Of a DNA stretch of 64,000 nt, positions 35,739 to 46,939 are shown in pieces. Positions within the stretch are counted from its first letter, which is position 1; each line of letters begins with the position of its first letter. Under the pieces are notes generated by a model that saw only the letters and a list, made by a program, of their open reading frames with translations, searched no databases and was not told the DNA's origin. The position numbers and the translations under genes are program-made. The DNA comes from Zygnema circumcarinatum SAG 698-1b (taxonomy: Eukaryota; Plantae; Zygnematophyceae). The stretch spans positions 883,873 to 947,872 of the forward strand of contig CM074816.1 of assembly GCA_037447605.1 (NCBI GenBank), written 5' to 3'.

Positions 35739-36728
35739 GCCTTGATACCAAGATAAGTGGGGTTAAAGGAGATTGCTGAGTGATTGCAGGATTACCGTGG
35801 ACGGCCACTGGAGCCTTCCCTGACCAAACGCTGACCCGCAAGGTTGGGGTGGTGCCGTGGGCTCGCGCGCACATAGAGCCAGGATCCGGGGATTCAGAGG
35901 TACGCGCAGCGGAGACGTAGGGATTCTGAAGACGCTCCCACCCGCCGCTTGGACTCTAATGCTAAATAGCCCTTCCTTGGGACCCTCCTCCCTGCCCTTC
36001 TCCGCTAGCTTTAGCCAGGCTTCTAGCGATTCACTGGGTTATTCAGAGTAATGCAAGGCAGGATAGAGCAAGATAGGGGCTTGGCATAGTGACAGCAGAG
36101 GGAAAACAGGACACAACTTAGATAAAGGTGGTATTTTGGAAACTCACCCCAGCCAGCGGTTGGCTGGGGAATGTCATTACAATGAAATTGTCTTCTCACT
36201 GAAATCTTTGTCTAACTGGGCTGCAACGGGATGTCTAAAATGTATAATCAGCAAGACATCTTTCTCTCTCTCTCTCTCTCTCTATCTATGGCATGGAATC
36301 TCTCTCTCTCTCCTCACTGAGCATCTGGCTGGCCCCAAAAACTGAAGGAGCAAAAGAAAGAAGAACAAGACAACAAACCACACAGCAAATACAAATACCA
36401 AGCCCAGCACTAAAAGACAAACAAGCATCATTGCATCCCACCCATTAACAATGAGAATAGACCTCAGCCCTGAGCTCATCTTGTTGGCCAACTGCCCACC
36501 AGAGGCCTGACTGACTACCGTGGAGCCTCTGAGAGGCCCAATGAATGACACGCGGCCTGAAGGCGGGTGTTCCCGAGTGCGCCTTGCCGCATGGTGCCGC
36601 GGCCGCCAATAGATGGCGCCGCGCCCTCCACCGCTGGCAGCCGCATCCGCGACCCGCTAACACGGAGGAGGCATATGTCAGTACAACTGAGTTGACGCAC
36701 ATCCGTCACGCAGCTCCGCCACGCTACA
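35739..36728 (-). repeat. 5' LTR and tRNA-iMet PBS of gypsy element 1
   Basis: Starts TGTAGCG at 36728 and ends ...CCCCACTTATCT directly followed by TGGTATCAAGGC, a degenerate TGGTATCAGAGC. Confidence 0.88.
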
Positions 36729-37434
36729 CTGCACGGCTATACAGACATACGGTGAGTACGAACAGCACGAATAACACGGACAGGCACGAATACTTAAGTT
36801 ACGCGGACGCGGATTCCCCAGAGCAGAAAGGTGGTTTTGGCAAATTGGGGCGAAACTTGGGGATGACCTCCTCAGGGCGGGAATACCAGGACGTTGATGC
36901 AGGCCAATGCCTTAACCGCGCGACAGGCGACCAAATTGATTTGGCGTGGTCAATGTCTTGTCTAACACTGTCATTTTTGTCACGAATGTATCAACATCGG
37001 ATGCTGATCGGCAACCATTGGACAACCATTGGATGTATGGTTGACGCTCACTGGTTGGCAACCAGCCGACGTTACATCTATCACCATGGTTGGCAACCAT
37101 TAAATCACTAACCTAGCGAACTGTAAATGCCGTACTACCAATGCGTCATTTTTGCAGTTATTATGGATTGGCTTGTATATTTTTGCCACTTGTATTGAGT
37201 TGACTGTACGAATCCGTATGAATCTGTATGGCATTAGGCTTGTCACATGACAGCTCAATTATGTTATAGTGTCCATGTTGGTCTCCCACACATTTGTGTC
37301 ACTATATCGGTAATGACCCGTTTGTCATTTCACATTTATAGTAACAATGTTATTACATATGTTTTTGCAGTATATCCGTACGACTTTGATACCGTACATT
37401 GTACTTTTTGGGCAGTCGTCACGTGGGTAGGTGT

Positions 37435-39248
37435 TGTAGCACAAGATAAGTGGGGTTAAGAGAAGATCGCCGAAGAAGTTGTAGTGGTGCCGTGACGCTA
37501 CCCGCTACACCAAAAAGCTCTAAAACTAATGAAGGCTAGTTGGTGCTGGGTCTGCCTCGCAGCATAGAGCCAGGATCCGGGATCTTGTGGAGGTACGCCA
37601 AGAAGCGAAGACGTGATCCTGAAGATGTTCCCACCGGCGGCTGGACCCGATGCGCAAAGAGCCCTTCCTTGGGGGCTCTCTTCCCCTGTCCTCTCCTCGG
37701 CTATTCTCTTAGCTAGGCTTCTAGTTATCATTGGTCATTGGGCGGAGCATAAGGCAGGATTTCACAAGATGGTAGCTTGGCATAGTGACAACAAAGGGAA
37801 AACAGGACTCAACTTAGATAAAGGTTGTATTTTGGAAAGTCACCCCAGCCAGCGGTTGGCTGGGGATTGTCATTACAATGAAAGTATCTTCTCACTGAAA
37901 TCTTTGTCTGGCTGGGCTGAATGGGATGTCTAAATGCTATCAGCAAGAAGACTCTTTCTTCTCTCTATGCAATGGAAATCCTCTCACTCTCTCATACTAG
38001 CATCTCAAAGGCCGGAGTCAAGAGAGGCAGAAAAGAAGAACAAGACAACAAACCACACAGCAAATACAAATATTTCAAGCCCAGCACTAAAAGACAAACA
38101 AGCATCAATGTACATCCCATCTACTTAACACCGACAATAGATCTTGAGCTTCCAAGAGTGACAGCCCCTGATTGGCCAATCGCCCAATCGAGGCCTGACT
38201 ACAATTCACGCGGAGCCTAAGGATAGGTCAACAAATGACAATCGGCGTGCATTATGCGGCAAGCTGAAAGTGCGCCTTGCTGGCTGGTGTGTTGTTCCTC
38301 CGTGCCAACACCTGGCGCCGCTTCTCAAGATTTCCGCCGCCACTCGATCAGCCGTCCGCGACACCGGTGATAGAGTATGGTAAGTACAACCGAACGGACG
38401 CTGATCCGCCGAATCCAGCTCCAGCACGCTACATCTGTAGCACATGCCTGGGAAAAATAAGCGCACGCGCAACGGCGAAGCAGACAAAGCGGGCAGGGAG
38501 GAGCCACGATGACGTGGACGGAGCCGCTGGCTGCTGGCCGTGGTGGGAGAAGCTTCCTCGCATATTCGCAATAATGGGGAGTATCGGCAGACCGAGGTGG
38601 AGGAGAGACTACCGCTGGCGCAAATGTGGGCTAAGGGGCAAAAAGTGGCTGAAGTGCGTAATTGGCTGAACGTAGAATTGGACCAATGAGGAGTCGTCAT
38701 GGCAGGGGGGGTACGGAGGAGTCCGCGCTGTCGGTCGCAAACGGTCAGCCATCGCGGGGGGGAGGAACCGCTGACGTGGCGGCCCGAATGTCGATCCAGT
38801 GTGAACGCCAGCGCCGGGCGTTGCCACTAGAGTCAGGGCCTTCCGAAAATGATGGCCCAACCTGGGATCTCCGACGGACCGACACAAATGAAGGGGCCCA
38901 ACCACGGAAAGGCCCGCTGAGTCGGTTTACGGTGATCTCGAGCCAAATGAGCCGCATCGGCGCTACCTGATCGGGCGGAAGAGCAACATGGGCCTGGCCG
39001 GCCCCAAAGTCGGGTGAGTTGTCGCCAGGCACGCTGCTCGAGGTGGTGGGAGGCCATGGAATCTAGGGTTTGGAAGCGCAGGGCAAGGAGCTGAAGGTGG
39101 GCGACCCGATCCGGGGGAGGCGCGTCATCGTAGAAGAGGGGCTCAGCAGACAGGAGGTCAAGGGGAATGCGGGGCTTACGGCCACAGGGAGCTCAGAGGG
39201 AGAGAAGCCGCTGGAGGAGTGAATGTGAGGTGTCAGACGCGGAAGACC
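37435..39248 (-). mobile_element. Truncated gypsy copy of the same family: 3' internal region and 3' LTR (37435-38433)
   Basis: 38434-39248 matches about 29255-30050 of element 1, and the LTR ends TGTGCTACA. Homology stops where the copia LTR begins. Confidence 0.88.
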
Positions 39249-40693
39249 GTTGAGCCCCGATCTGCCGGCCGCCCGGGCGCCACCACGCCTCCATTGGAAC
39301 TCCGTTCTACCTCCTCGATGAACATTATCTTCACTCTCTCACACTTATCTCACTTCACCATAGCCCATAACCCCGCCAGTAATGAACGCTAGAGACGAGC
39401 ACGCCGAAATCACAATAATTTGTGAGAGTATAGAGAAAGCTCACGGCTCTAAAACTCCTTTATAAGAATAAATACCCACATGAAGCTCTCCCTCTCACTA
39501 GCTACTTCTCCTTACTGGCCTTGCAACACACAAAGGCAACAAAGAACACTACCCAGAAAGCAAAAGTAATGTATCAAAGTCAATTTCGGACCACAAAGAG
39601 TCTAATGTGGTTATCCCACATAACAAAGCTAAACCCTATATACGCTGGCGTACGCAGTTACGCGACATCTTCCTTGTTGACCAATGTCACCGCCACGCCG
39701 TCCTCATGCTCAAAGAGTCGGCACGCTGCTCAACATCCACTATGTCTTTCAGAAACTTACGCCAGCACCGTAATTCAGTCGTCGTCCGCATAGCTCGCCC
39801 ATCTGAACTTGTCGCCCGCTTCGAAGCGCAGAACTTCCGGGCCGCCGCCCTATCGCCCGCCGAATGCTACAAGATGTTCAAGCTACAAGACTGCATACTA
39901 TTTCTCCAAGGGCTGCCCGCGACGAAATTCCGCTGCCGTGATTTCAAGGCTGTTACACTTGTCCGCTGTATTGCTTACTGCTCCCTCCGTAGTTGACTCC
40001 GGGCTACAGCCTCGCTGGATCAAGCATTTCCAGGGTCTGACGCGTTCCTACTTAATATCACCTATCCTCCCGGTACCGGTGCCGCATCTGCCACCTATTT
40101 GGCCCCGACCAGATTTCCTAGAACACTACTAGCAGATCTCATGCTTCCCAATCGAGATCACAACAGCAGGTGAACCCGCATAAATGTCTAACTATAGCAC
40201 ACTAACACTAACAATCCCCCTCTTGGGCCTCAGTTCCTCATGGGCCCTAGCCCAATGAGTCTGCTATTCACTAGTAGCGTCTCACCACTAACTCCTTTAG
40301 TCAACATATCCGCAGCCTGCTCCTTCGTCCCCACGAACTTCACAACAATCATCCCCTCCTCTACCAATTCTCGCACATAATGGTATTGCACTCTAATGTG
40401 CTTTGTCCTCTTATGAAACACAGGGTTTTCAACAAGAGCTATGGACGACTGATTATCCGTGAACAAAGTCAAGGGACGTTGTGGCCTCTTACACTCATCA
40501 AAGAAATGTTGGAACCAAACTCCCTCCTTCTCACGCGCGACATGCTCCCCATGTACTCTTCGTGCTAGACAACGCGAATCAACTCGTGAGCTTCGGAAGC
40601 TCCATGAGATCGCCTCCACCGCCGCCGCACACAACCGAGGTCGATCGCCGGCGCGTCCACGCCACCTCCCCGCCAGAGTCGGGTGTATCCCAT
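39249..40693 (-). mobile_element. Ty1/copia 3' fragment: RNase H, PPT and 3' LTR (about 40213-39249)
   Basis: LFTDNQSSIALVENPVFHKRTKHIRVQYHYVRELV..EQAADMLTKG. PPT AAGAGGGGGA followed by TGTTAG at 40213. TATA-like CTTATAAAGG inside the LTR. The fragment is cut by the N-gap at 40694. Confidence 0.85.
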
Positions 40694-40793
40694 NNNNNNN
40701 NNNNNNNNNNNNNNNNNNNNNNNNNNNNNNNNNNNNNNNNNNNNNNNNNNNNNNNNNNNNNNNNNNNNNNNNNNNNNNNNNNNNNNNNNNNNN
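40694..40793. other. Assembly gap (about 100 N); shorter gaps of about 10 N near 5926, 16516, 28463 and 57851
   Basis: Seen directly. Confidence 0.98.
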
Positions 40794-40954
40794 TCCCTGA
40801 CGGCGCATAAGCCGAACTCTCTGCTTCTGTCCCAAACGTCTTCCAGGGTGGCTCAGTGACCTGAGCTGCGTAACAGAGAAAGAGTCTATACAAAGGTAAT
40901 TCAATAAATTCCTTCTCTATGGCATAACGCCCTACCCCCTCCCCCCAACTCCTC

Positions 40955-40996
<42 letters not shown>

Positions 40997-41407
40997 TCTC
41001 CCTCCCCCTCTCTCTCTCTCTCGCGCGCGCTCTCTCTCACATTATGTTTTCCAACTCAGCTACCCAGTCTCCTCCCCTTCTCAGTACTCCAGCACGGCAG
41101 CAGCATTGTTCCTTCAGAGGTAACACCTTGCAATTTTCTGTACAACGGAAGACGGTTCCTGCCTTAATCCTCCCTTTAACCAGCCAAAGTCCTGACCTTT
41201 TTCCAGGCCCTAACCACTTACGCCCCCGTCTTTTAAAGCCTTGCGTTCAAAATGTGGCTGCAGACTCTCTGCGCCTCACATTCACGGCCTCAACCGTTCA
41301 TGCAGCCTTCGGGCGAACCATTCGCATTCGGGGGCCTGCAGTACTGCTCCCAGTTCATTCGGTTCCGTTCTGTTCCCTTTCACTGACAAGGAACGGGCAT
41401 GCACCGC

Positions 41408-42368
41408 TCACGAGCGCCCCCCCAAACCAGGGGCTTCGGCTGCATGTGGGGGAGGCACTTCTGGCGGAGGTGGGGCCTCCACTCTGACTCCAATGAGAGG
41501 GTCCGCAGCGTCGGGTTCGGAGTCGGGCTTCAGAACGACTCGGCAGAGGGGGCAGGAGCCGTTGGATCTCAGCCACGTGTCAATGCAAGGCTGCAGCAGG
41601 AGCAGCAGGCACCACAGGCGGTTACGGGCGTTTTTTCGTTCATTGGAACGGAGACTATGCAGCAGATATACGCGCGGCGACTTGTGCAGAAGCTGCATTT
41701 AGTATCTATTTACAACTGAGCAACAAAAAGTCTATAGATTTAACATTCCACATGGCCGCACCACGCACCACGCACTTTATGCAGAGAAAGGGCGACAAAA
41801 AAGGGAAAACCAACAGAGCGAGAGCAGGTAATGAAAAGGAAAGGGAAGGACAGCAGAGAGGAACGAAGCCCACATCCTAAACCTAATGTCTCACCTGATG
41901 GAAGGCATGACTACACTTGTCCAGGCGCCGACAGGTGTCCCCCTCCTTGTACTCCGCCAAGCACACAGCGCACTCCCTCCCCCTCCCCTCCCCAGCCTCT
42001 GCGCTCCCTCCTTCCAACACAAACACCTCTCCAAGAGCCGCCACCGCCGCCTCGTCCAACCCTAACCCTAACTGCGCTCCCGCTTGGCTCCTCCTCCCTC
42101 CATCCCTCTCCTGCTCTCCCGCCGGGACCACAATCTCCTGAGCTGCGCAGCGCTGCCAAAAGTACCTCAGCAGGAATGTGAGCGTCATGATGAAGATGAG
42201 CGCCACCACGCTCGCCACGCCGATCTGCGACAGAATCTCAAGCGAGTTGCCGCCCGCACCCTGGTCGCTCCCGCCATCCTGCATCGTCATCGCGGCGACG
42301 GGGGGGGAGGGCGAGGGAGGCCAGAACAGGGGAGGAGGAGGAGGAGGGGAGGGCAGGTCACGTGTCAT
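41408..42368 (-). CDS. ATL-type RING-H2 E3 ubiquitin ligase (2 exons)
   Basis: Exons 42368-41895 and 41590-41408. TM helix IGVASVVALIFIMTLTFLL, GLD-like GLGLDEAAVAAL, and RING-H2 CAVCLAEY..CSHAFHQ|PCIDTWLRSNGSCPLCR. Confidence 0.9.
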
Positions 42369-43362
42369 GCTGCCGACACTCCGCCACTGTCGACGGCAGC
42401 CATGGCATGGCCACTGTGGCAAGGAGCAGCATCTGTACCAGGCACTGTACCGGGATATTTTCTTTCTTTTCTGCCCCGCCATACGGCAGTCGACGTGGAC
42501 CTTCCGATGCTCCATAAAAAATAATCGTTTTTATATCGGACGGTACGCGTTCGATTTCATGTCTGCCCGATAATACGGGCAGATCCAAAGAAACTACATG
42601 GACCGTCGGATTAGTCTTGTTGCGATCTGCAGGGATCGATCTGCGGTGGCGCCACCGAGAGGAGGAAAAAGCGTGACATCGACGGGGCGGTGGCCGTACG
42701 GACGGAGGCGGCTGGAGGCTCAGATCAGCGCCACGTGGCGTCGCTGTGCTTGCCGGCTGGCGACAAAATCCGTAACGAGAAAGGTACGGCAAAGCGGCTC
42801 CGCAAGTTTTGTCGTTTTTTCTGGCGATTGTGTACGGAGGGAGGATTTCCTGGCCACTACGGAAGCTTCGTTGAGTGCAATTTGTCGCCTTGTGTGAAAG
42901 ACAAGTGGCCGGCTCCAAGTGGTTTCGTACGGGACTAGCAGTCACTGCCGTACGTCAGCAAGGGGCACATTATGTCCGAGAGGCTAGGGACCAAGGGGAA
43001 CTCGTAGGTACCTAGGCTTGTGGAACTTGACTTCATGGTTGGGCATATAGAGGTCGACTGTAGGGGCTAGGGGAGCATGAAGGAGCCGGATCGGCTGTGC
43101 AAAGGTAATCGAAGTGTCGAATGGACCGGGAGAAAGAGGAATGGAAGTGGCATTGATCTCACGATGGCGAGGCCATCAAATGTACACGGACAAAATCAGC
43201 ATGGGGAACCACGAGGAACTGGTCGTGAAGGACCTCAGCACAAGAAAATAGGAGCGGAAAGCTACGCCTAGGCTCAACAACGCAGCCCTAGAAGCAGCCG
43301 CGAAGGTCACCAAGCGGGTGTCCCTGCCTGCCAAGCACACAGGCGCATGGCTGTACGGCGTA

Positions 43363-43965
43363 GGTCGGACCATAGGGTGGGCAACCATTGGCCAACCATT
43401 GCTTGGTCCCATGGTTGGCTGGCAATGGCTCGCGACCACTGCAACCAATAGTTCGAACCATGGGGAATGGTTGGCTAGGTTCGACACCAATGGTTGCCAA
43501 CAGTTGGAACCACTATTACAATAACCTCGATGCAGGGATGACAGCTACTTGGGCTGCGCAAATTTGGAAGCTTGCTTTCACAGCCTGTGCAGCTCGAAGC
43601 TCTGCTGGCTGGACCTGCCCCTCGGCGTGCTCCAGACTTGCTTTCAGGGTGGCCACCTGGCATGCCAGAGGAGAGAGACAGGATGAAAGGGAGAGTGGAG
43701 AACGTGGCCTTAGATTGAGAATAATAGTGGGAGGTGGATAGGAAGGGGAGAGAGAGGGAGGGAGCGAGAGGGAACGAGACGAGGGGGGGGAACGGACATG
43801 AGACGAACACGACCTCAGGGGCGGTGCAAAAGGACTGAGGGCATTACTTGGTAGGAAAACATATCTAATATTGAACTGGCTCCCTAACTGATGGTTGGCA
43901 ACTTGCTGGCAACCATTGGCAATGATTGGCTGTGCCATTCCAACAGTTGGTCCATTGGTCCGACC
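43363..43965. mobile_element. Putative MITE / non-autonomous DNA element with subterminal GGTTGGCAACC repeats
   Basis: 10-bp terminal inverted repeat GGTCGGACCA (43363) / TGGTCCGACC (43956-43965), with clusters of CAACCA/TGGTTG motifs just inside each end. No clean TSD. Confidence 0.5.
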
Positions 43966-44365
43966 CGTGCCTGCCCCCACACTCCAAATTTACATTTCAC
44001 CTTCACTTCCCTGAACCCAGATGATCCACGGTTCCGTACGGTACGGGGCCCATCCTGACCCCCGATCCTGAACCCTCCGCCTTACAGCCCCGCGCCAAAC
44101 ACAAAATATCGGGGGGATCGCGCAATGGCCCAAAATCCGGCGGGCCTCCGCGGCACCTCATTGGCTGCACCGACATTTTTTTTTGTCTGTCCGGCGGTGC
44201 AGCCCCTCCAGCCCGCGCTCTGGGCAACCCTAAACACGTGCGTCCTGCCACGTGTCACCGCCTCCTGCGCCCTCTCGTCCGTCCCGTCCCACCTCCGACT
44301 CCCTCTCTCTCTCTCTCAATCTCTCGCTCACACTCTCTCTCTCTGCTCGGCAGCCGCGCACAGCC

Positions 44366-46066
44366 ATGGCGGCTGCTGCTTGCACTGGCGCGGGGCTGGC
44401 GGCTGTCTGCGGCACGCATGGCAGTCTGCCATCGAGGACCGCAGCCACGTGTCAGCTGGCGGTTGCAGATGCGCGTTCACGTGGCGTCGGCCACGTTAGG
44501 CGCCACACGTGTGCGCTCCGATCGGCGTTTGCGGGGCGGGATGTGGCCGGTGAGAGGCGAGGGGCGAGCGGAGAAGGGCGCCGGGAGGCAGGCGCTATCT
44601 CCTGCAGCAACGTGGTATGCGGACGGATGAGGGGGAGGGAGGAGGGAGGGACGGGAGGGAGGGAGGGAGGGAGGGAGAGAAAAGGGATAGAGGAGGAAAG
44701 TGGGAGGAGACAGAGGGTGGGGGAGGGGATGTGGGAAGTGAGTGGAAAGAGAAATTTTATGAGGGACTGAGGATAAGGAATGGGGAGGTGGAGTAAAAAT
44801 AGAGGCAGAGAGGAAGGAGAGAGAGGTAAAGGAAGAGCAGGGAGGCTGGAGACAGTTAGCAGTGAATATTGATGCTTTGCACTCTGAAGGCGGCTTCCAG
44901 GATGAACATTAGAGCTGACAATCCTCTAACCTTAAAGATCATTGCAAACCCTACAAAGATATTGAAAGCCTAACCTTAAAATCCAAAGAAAAATAGACTC
45001 TGAGATATTGCTTAAGGAACGCTTAATGAGGAAGGGTCTCTTGTGGCGGGATGGCGCAGCAAAAAGTGAGTGCGAAGGAGCTGACGGACATGCTGGTGCT
45101 GGAGCGCACTGTGCCCATAGTGGTGGACTTTTACGCCACGTGGTGTGGCCCCTGCCTGCTGCTCGCGCAGGAGCTCGAGAAGGTGCGCCCCTCTGCGCGC
45201 TCTACTGGAATGAATACGTGCGGCTTCAATTGTGGATGCGAAGATGTGTAAAACTGTGTTTAAGCAGTTCTATTTTGCGGTCCTTCTCGTATCTTAGTGG
45301 TAGGACTTCAGCGATATTAGAAGTAGCATCATTAGTAGTAGCAGCAGCGGCAGCAGCAGTAACAGTAACTGTAGTACTAACAGCACTAGTGGTGGGAATA
45401 GCGGTAGGAGTACCAATAGTAGTATTCCTAGAAGTAAAAGGAGTATCAGTAGTTCGAGGAGTACTGCTATTAATAGTAGCAGCAGCGCCTGCAGCAGCAG
45501 CAGAAGTAGTAGTGCTCTCTTATGAGTTGCAGAAACGCTGATAGCAATAGTGAATAGTAGTACTAGTAGTAATGTTTGTAGTACTACTAGCAGCTGTAGT
45601 CGTAGTACGCAAGTATTTGAGTTGTCTCCCTATTGAGGTGCCGAGGGCTCCACCATTGCTCCTCTGCTCCTCCTTTCTTTCTTTTTTAAATCTTCACGGG
45701 GGACTTTTTTCTGTGGGCAGCTGGCGCTGGAATACGACGGGCAGGTCAAATTTCTGAAGGTGGATACGGATGAAGAATACGAGCTTGCAAGCCAGCTTGA
45801 GGTGGGTCTTCAAATCGGAGCAGGACAGGGATGAATGTGGGTGTCATTTCCAATTGGCATCGTATGATGTGATACGATGTAGTATGGTATTGTTTACTGT
45901 TATTTGATGTCTGTATGGTATGGTATTGAATGAGTATGGTGAGGGTGCGCAGATTCGCGGACTGCCTACCATGATCTTCCTGAGCCGCGACAAGGACAAG
46001 CTCGGCAGCCGCGTGGAGGGCCTGCACTCCTCTGAGACCATCCGCGGCATCATCGCCGAGCTCTAG
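44366..46066 (+). CDS. TRXz: Thioredoxin z (CITRX), plastid-targeted
   Basis: Transit-like exon 1, then [31 protein letters not shown] | [27 protein letters not shown] | [24 protein letters not shown], matching the recalled TRX z pattern. Confidence 0.88.
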
Positions 46067-46939
46067 CTCCTGCCTCACTCTCTCCTCTTAGACATTAGAA
46101 TTTTAATTTTCATTTTTTGGTGGCCTTCATGTCGTACAGACAATAGGTGGTCCTCGCAGTTCGCAGTTTGTAGATTGTAGTTTGTAGCTTACGGTAAACA
46201 GGTCTGCTGCTCTGCTGCAACTCTTCGCACAGTGGAGAGAGTTCACGAAGGCGACCTTATTGTTTTGTTGCGTTTAGAATAACAAAAGCAAGGGAGTAGG
46301 AAACTTGAGGGCGAGCATAGGCCTTTTGCCGATCAATCAGTTATTTAGGGATTATGGGGTTTTATGGTGTTTGCTTGCTGGCAATATACTGTGTTGTACC
46401 CCCCTTCGGTGGTTGCGTAGGGTTCAGGTTTTTGAAAGTGGCAGGTTTGAACGTACGTACATAAAGAAACATGCATATTATCACTTCACTTTTTTAGCTG
46501 CTCAGTGTCACTAGCGCAGCAGCAAAACAACTAATCTGGCCTCGCCATCGTGAGTTCAATGCCATTTTCCCCTCTCCTTATCTGACATCCCATCAACATT
46601 CAGCCTGTCACTGGCTCAGTGATTTGTTTGGGCTCTCAGAGTTGAGAGCTGATGTGAGCAGAGCAAATTCGGGTCCTATGAAAAGTTGGACATATACGGG
46701 CTGTGGTATCGTAAGTACCTTCAGAGATGTTCTATGCCCGTGACGCAGTTGCCTGTAACAGGGTGCACTTGCCAGAACCAAAACCAGAAACACATAGAAC
46801 GGATCGAAAGTCTCAAACCCTAATTTTACACTGTCGACATCCTGCAAACCATATACCACGTCCGTCCCTTCCTTCCCTCCATGCGTGCGATCATGACACG
46901 TGTCGTCTCCTCCGGGCCTTGCAGGCCCCTTCTCCTGTG

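Larger units (their letters stand above)
28283..36728 (-). mobile_element. Full-length, decayed Ty3/gypsy LTR retrotransposon (about 8.4 kb)
   Basis: 5' LTR 36728-35751, PBS 35750-35739, gag (EDAESWLRHLEE), Cys/His knuckle, protease (AMIDTGA), RT (LDMQKAFWQIP, LPFGLKNS, YVDD), RNase H (DWSQTGFGAV, YSPTEGEAAA, IRTDH), frameshifted integrase remnants (VTDNGTKYKG, PWQNRLAERAIG), 3' LTR 29254-28283. The order RT-RH-INT is the gypsy order. Confidence 0.93.

Noticed and set aside
45300-45620. Ala/Val-rich ORF 45008-45541
   Set aside because: It is a degenerate (AGT/AGC)n tract inside a TRXz intron.
18620-46066. Stress/redox gene cluster (GolS, GPX, TRXz)
   Set aside because: The genes are functionally loose, separated by transposons, and there is no evidence of co-regulation.
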